Positions 60,278 to 63,590 of a stretch of DNA of 63,590 bases are shown one piece after another. The stretch lies in the IMG/VR virus record IMGVR_UViG_3300014501_000004, positions 1 through 63,590 of that record. The stretch is one strand, 5' to 3'. Numbering within the stretch: position 1 is the stretch's first letter; each line of letters opens with the position of its first letter. Position numbers and translations under genes: made by a program. Under the pieces are notes generated by a model. It was not told the DNA's origin. It searched no databases and saw nothing but the letters and a program-made list of their open reading frames with translations. Source of the stretch: a virus (lineage: Duplodnaviria; Caudoviricetes).

Positions 60278-60982
60278 TTGACCAAGAACCCAAGATTTCG
60301 CGTAGGCGATTCGCACATTTGCCCGGCGTGTCAAACGCCGTTCGCAGTAACGTGTAGCTCTCATCGGTACTGCACTCCCGATTGCGCGAAGAAAGTGAAA
60401 TCCTCGCGACCTCGTAAGCCTCGCGACCCCGAAGAAAGAGCCGCGTACAGCAGACGCTGGCGCGACACCAATTACGTCGAACTGGTAAAAAAGCGCCGTC
60501 GCTACTACGAAGAAAACCGAGAAGAAATTCTGGCCCGTCAGCGCGAACGAAAACGCGCGATGCCACGCGAAAAACTTCTCGCCCAGCGAGCAAAAGAATA
60601 CGAACAGAATAAAGCGCGAGGACGCCGACACTATCACGTAACACGTGCGTGGCTCCCGTGGTTGAACGCATGGCAGGGATCAAAGCAACGCGCCAAGAAA
60701 CGCGGCACGCCGTTCACCATCACCAAAGATTGGTGCGAAGCGCGCTGGACCGGTCGTTGCGAAGTCTCGAACATCGAATTTATCCTGAGCACTAAACGTA
60801 GTCCGTATCTGTTTTCGCCTAGCCTAGATCAAATCATCCCTGGGCTCGGCTATACCCCGGAAAACAGCCGCTTCGTCCTTCACGCCGTCAACGCTCTCAA
60901 AGGCGAGGGCACCGACGAAAACATGCTCGCTATTGCCGAAGCAATTATCTCTGCCTCGGGCCTAAAACGCCGAACCTTGTAA
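60278..60982 (+). CDS. HNH/His-Me-type homing endonuclease-like protein
   Basis: N-terminal CPAC..YC..C; GRCEVS, PSLDQI..GLGYTPEN..VN..K. Confidence 0.75.
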   Translation: MTKNPRFRVGDSHICPACQTPFAVTCSSHRYCTPDCAKKVKSSRPRKPRDPEERAAYSRRWRDTNYVELVKKRRRYYEENREEILARQRERKRAMPREKLLAQRAKEYEQNKARGRRHYHVTRAWLPWLNAWQGSKQRAKKRGTPFTITKDWCEARWTGRCEVSNIEFILSTKRSPYLFSPSLDQIIPGLGYTPENSRFVLHAVNALKGEGTDENMLAIAEAIISASGLKRRTL

Positions 60983-62008
60983 ATTATAGCCGTGAAACCC
61001 GGAAACAGATTTGGCACTCAGCACGTCGTAGCCGCAAACGACCACACCTTGCTGACCGATCTGTCCGAGCGGCACCAGTGAATAGAAGCCCGAGAAGTCG
61101 AGCGCTGCGTCCTCGCTCATGTACATCGAGGTGTACTTGACGTTGACGCCGTAGCAGTTGCCCTTCGGACAAAAATGATCGGCGAAAATCGGCACGCCCG
61201 ATACCACGAGGTTCGGGAACGAGGTTCGAACCGCGGTTTCCATCGAGCCGACGCCCGCCATCTGCGGGATCTGGTGAATCTGCTCGATCGAGATGAAGGT
61301 ATTGTTGAGCGTCGCGTAATCGCCCGGGTTCATCACGACGAAGGTCGGCGCCTCGCCGCCGGCAGCATCAGTGACGCCGGCCAATAACGTCGCCATACCG
61401 GCGCGCGTGAAGCCCGCGGCACCCTGGCTGTAGGTACCGGAGTTCAGATTGATGTACTGGCCCTTGAAATTGGAGTTGCCGGCCGCGTTGCGGTTGATGC
61501 CGCCGTAGGTCGGAACGTTGGTGCCATCATCGAAGGCGTTGTAGAACGAATCCGGCTGCTGCGGGCTCGCCGAGTTGTTGGTGAACAGCAGCCCTGCCAT
61601 ATTCTGGCGCGTAACGGCGTAGACGTCGTTCATGCGCGCCTTGAGAATACTGATCTCGCGGTCGGTCGCCTGAATGATGGTCTCGCCGAACGGCAACGGG
61701 ACCGGGACCACCCAATAAGCGAGATTCCACTGGCCGTTCTGTATGCCGGGGGTGATGACGGGCGAATTGAAGCCGCCGCCATACCCGGTCCATTGTCCTT
61801 GAACCATGCTCGCGCCCTGCATGGGCACGGTCACCTGATTGAGCCCGCCTGCGGCCCGCTGCGCGTTTCCGAGCATGTAGAACAGGCACGGGCTGCCAAA
61901 GTATAGCTGGACGAACAATTTTGGCACAAAAGCGCGCCTTGTGACGCTCGCCAGCTCAGAAAAAATAGCGCCTGACTGCGGGGCAACGCCTAAACCGGGA
62001 AGTGGCAT
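60962..62008 (-). CDS. Major capsid protein
   Basis: 348 aa after the scaffold; YGGINR, GVPIFADHFCP. Confidence 0.8.
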   Translation of the reverse strand: MPLPGLGVAPQSGAIFSELASVTRRAFVPKLFVQLYFGSPCLFYMLGNAQRAAGGLNQVTVPMQGASMVQGQWTGYGGGFNSPVITPGIQNGQWNLAYWVVPVPLPFGETIIQATDREISILKARMNDVYAVTRQNMAGLLFTNNSASPQQPDSFYNAFDDGTNVPTYGGINRNAAGNSNFKGQYINLNSGTYSQGAAGFTRAGMATLLAGVTDAAGGEAPTFVVMNPGDYATLNNTFISIEQIHQIPQMAGVGSMETAVRTSFPNLVVSGVPIFADHFCPKGNCYGVNVKYTSMYMSEDAALDFSGFYSLVPLGQIGQQGVVVCGYDVLSAKSVSGFHGYNLQGSAF

Positions 62009-62022
62009 CTCAAACTCCTAGA

Positions 62023-62616
62023 TTAGCGGTGCTGCCCGCGAAATTCCTTGAGCGCGTCGATCGCCATGCGATCCACGATGGCGTTGTCCTCGCCCTTGCT
62101 CTTGATCAGCGCCTCGATGGACTTGTCAGCTTGCGCGTCGGCCGCGGTGAGGTCGGCAAAGCCCCACGAACCGATGCCGCCGGGCGTCACGGGTGTCTGC
62201 GGCGGATGATTGCGCTCGAAAATGGCCACGGCGTCGTCGACGTCGAGCAGGCCCTTGTCGTCCATCAGCTTCTGGACGGCGGCAACGCCTTCGTCGGTAT
62301 AACCGGCACGGCGCAACTTCGCGAGACCTTCGGTCTGTTTCAGAGCGATCCCGTCGAGCGTGCGCTGCTTCTTCTCGTCCTCGCGCTCTTTCTTCATCGC
62401 CGCGATCTCCTCGGATAGCTCCGACTTGATCTTGTTGATGGGCTCAAGGTGCTGCGCTTCGGCATCGAGCGTCGGCGTCGCCGCGTTGGGATCGATGAGC
62501 TTCTGCGCCTGCTCCAGGAGCTTGCGCGATTCCGGCTTGGCGACGATCTTCTGCGCTACCTGGCGCAACGCCACCATCTGGTTGTACTCGCCCTCGTCGA
62601 CTTCAATCTTCGCCAT
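62023..62616 (-). CDS. Scaffolding-like protein
   Basis: Charged coiled-coil directly upstream of the capsid gene. Confidence 0.6.
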   Translation of the reverse strand: MAKIEVDEGEYNQMVALRQVAQKIVAKPESRKLLEQAQKLIDPNAATPTLDAEAQHLEPINKIKSELSEEIAAMKKEREDEKKQRTLDGIALKQTEGLAKLRRAGYTDEGVAAVQKLMDDKGLLDVDDAVAIFERNHPPQTPVTPGGIGSWGFADLTAADAQADKSIEALIKSKGEDNAIVDRMAIDALKEFRGQHR

Positions 62617-62619
62617 GAC

Positions 62620-62805
62620 TTATTTCCCCGGGGTCGAGCCGGCATTCGGCACATGGCTGATGTTCATGGCGCCGGACTTCTCCTGCATCGGCAAGTGCGA
62701 GGTCCGACCGCCGATATCGATCTGCTTCATGCTGACGCGCACGATCTGCTCATCGCTCTCGGGGATCGATTTTGCCGAATTCTGAAAGATATTCAAATTG
62801 GACAT
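62620..62805 (-). CDS. Small hypothetical protein
   Basis: AAGGAG RBS. Confidence 0.65.
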   Translation of the reverse strand: MSNLNIFQNSAKSIPESDEQIVRVSMKQIDIGGRTSHLPMQEKSGAMNISHVPNAGSTPGK

Positions 62806-62815
62806 GGTGGCTCCT

Positions 62816-62995
62816 TCAATAGCCGTGGCCGCGGCGGGGCCGCTCGACGCTCTTGACGCCGTGATTCTGCGGGGACAGTGCCAGCGCGTGATCGGTGATG
62901 ATCAATTCGGCCGGGGTGAGCGCCGTGCGCACGACATCCGGACTGTTGGACTTCGGCGGCATCTCGATCTCGGTGTGGAAAATGGTGTTCTTCAT
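62816..62995 (-). CDS. Small hypothetical protein, 59 aa (absent from the ORF track)
   Basis: ATGA overlap; MKNTIFHTEIEMPPKS...GHGY. Confidence 0.6.
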   Translation of the reverse strand: MKNTIFHTEIEMPPKSNSPDVVRTALTPAELIITDHALALSPQNHGVKSVERPRRGHGY

Positions 62996-63381
62996 GCCGC
63001 CCTCGCCTGTGGGGGCTGGCCGCCACCGGGAGCGCCGCCACCGGGCGCACCTTGGCGCATCTGCTGCACGGCCTGCATCTGCTGATTATTCTGAGCGGCC
63101 TGGCGCATCTGGGCTTCGATATTGTTTTTCTGGGCTGCCGGGGTGTGTGAACCGGCGGGTACGAATTTCACGAGTTTGTTGAGGCATTCGAGAACGACCT
63201 TGCCGATGTCGGAGCTGGCTCCTACCTCGGGGATCAAGCCTTCGAGCACCTTGACGACGCCTCCCAGCTTCTGCAGTCCGGCAGCCTCGTAGCCTTTGTT
63301 CGGTGTCGTGCCTGTCGCAGGCGTTGAGCCGAAGGGCTGTTGAGGCTGTCCACCCGGAGCTGCAGGAGCCGGAATTGGCAT
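62992..63381 (-). CDS. Hypothetical head-module protein
   Basis: P/Q/G-rich ends with a helical core. Confidence 0.7.
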   Translation of the reverse strand: MPIPAPAAPGGQPQQPFGSTPATGTTPNKGYEAAGLQKLGGVVKVLEGLIPEVGASSDIGKVVLECLNKLVKFVPAGSHTPAAQKNNIEAQMRQAAQNNQQMQAVQQMRQGAPGGGAPGGGQPPQARAA

Positions 63382-63382
63382 C

Positions 63383-63427
63383 TTACTTGCGGTGCTTCCG
63401 CTTGCCTTTGCGATTGCGTTCGATCAT
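63383..63427 (-). CDS. 14-aa basic peptide
   Basis: MIERNRKGKRKHRK*; GAAGGA RBS; stop 1 nt before the next ATG. Confidence 0.55.
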   Translation of the reverse strand: MIERNRKGKRKHRK

Positions 63428-63467
63428 TGCCCGAAATCCTTCTGGCTGAATGACGCGGTTTGCGCCC

Positions 63468-63590
63468 GCGGACAACCTCGTTTGGTTCCAGAGGCTTGGC
63501 CAGTGACGCGATTGACAAAAATTGAAAGATTTCGTATGGAGGGCATCAGTTTTGAAAGAACGGTGCTTATTTCTATGGAAATTAGCCGGA
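63468..63590. repeat. Terminal direct repeat, right copy
   Basis: Identical to 1-123. Confidence 0.97.

Noticed and set aside
63468-63590. 123-bp repeat as a biological terminal repeat
   Set aside because: It falls inside the head-gene region and is more simply an assembly overlap of a circular or permuted genome; needs reads to decide.
1-63590. tRNA/rRNA genes and the many long antisense ORFs in the track
   Set aside because: No cloverleaf or rRNA signature noticed by eye; antisense ORFs are shadows of GC-rich genes.

Overview
The window looks like a complete, circularly assembled ~63.5 kb genome of a podovirus-type tailed phage: bases 1-123 repeat exactly at 63468-63590. The host is probably an alphaproteobacterium (Rhizobiales-like); this is an inference from gene style. 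The minus strand carries the virion and packaging genes (terminase, portal, scaffold, capsid, two adaptors, nozzle, ejection proteins, tailspike), a GH19 lysis/envelope module and a sugar-modification cluster. The plus strand carries small early genes and the replication module (Toprim protein, family A polymerase, Cas4-like exonuclease, VRR-NUC, SNF2 helicase, SSB-like protein); a prim-pol/VapE gene is divergent. Most notable observations: (1) an autonomous IS1595-family element with passenger genes and a non-autonomous two-gene cassette share the same ends, each with a perfect 8-bp target duplication, and appear arranged to keep phage operon translation going; (2) the DNA polymerase is fractured by a split intein with an out-of-frame endonuclease between the halves; (3) the tailspike begins with a classical Sec signal peptide and is followed by signal-peptide coiled-coil genes and fossil alternative fibre tips; (4) there is an Acb2-like anti-CBASS candidate and several structured non-coding elements. 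All calls come from reading motifs by eye; no database searches were run.
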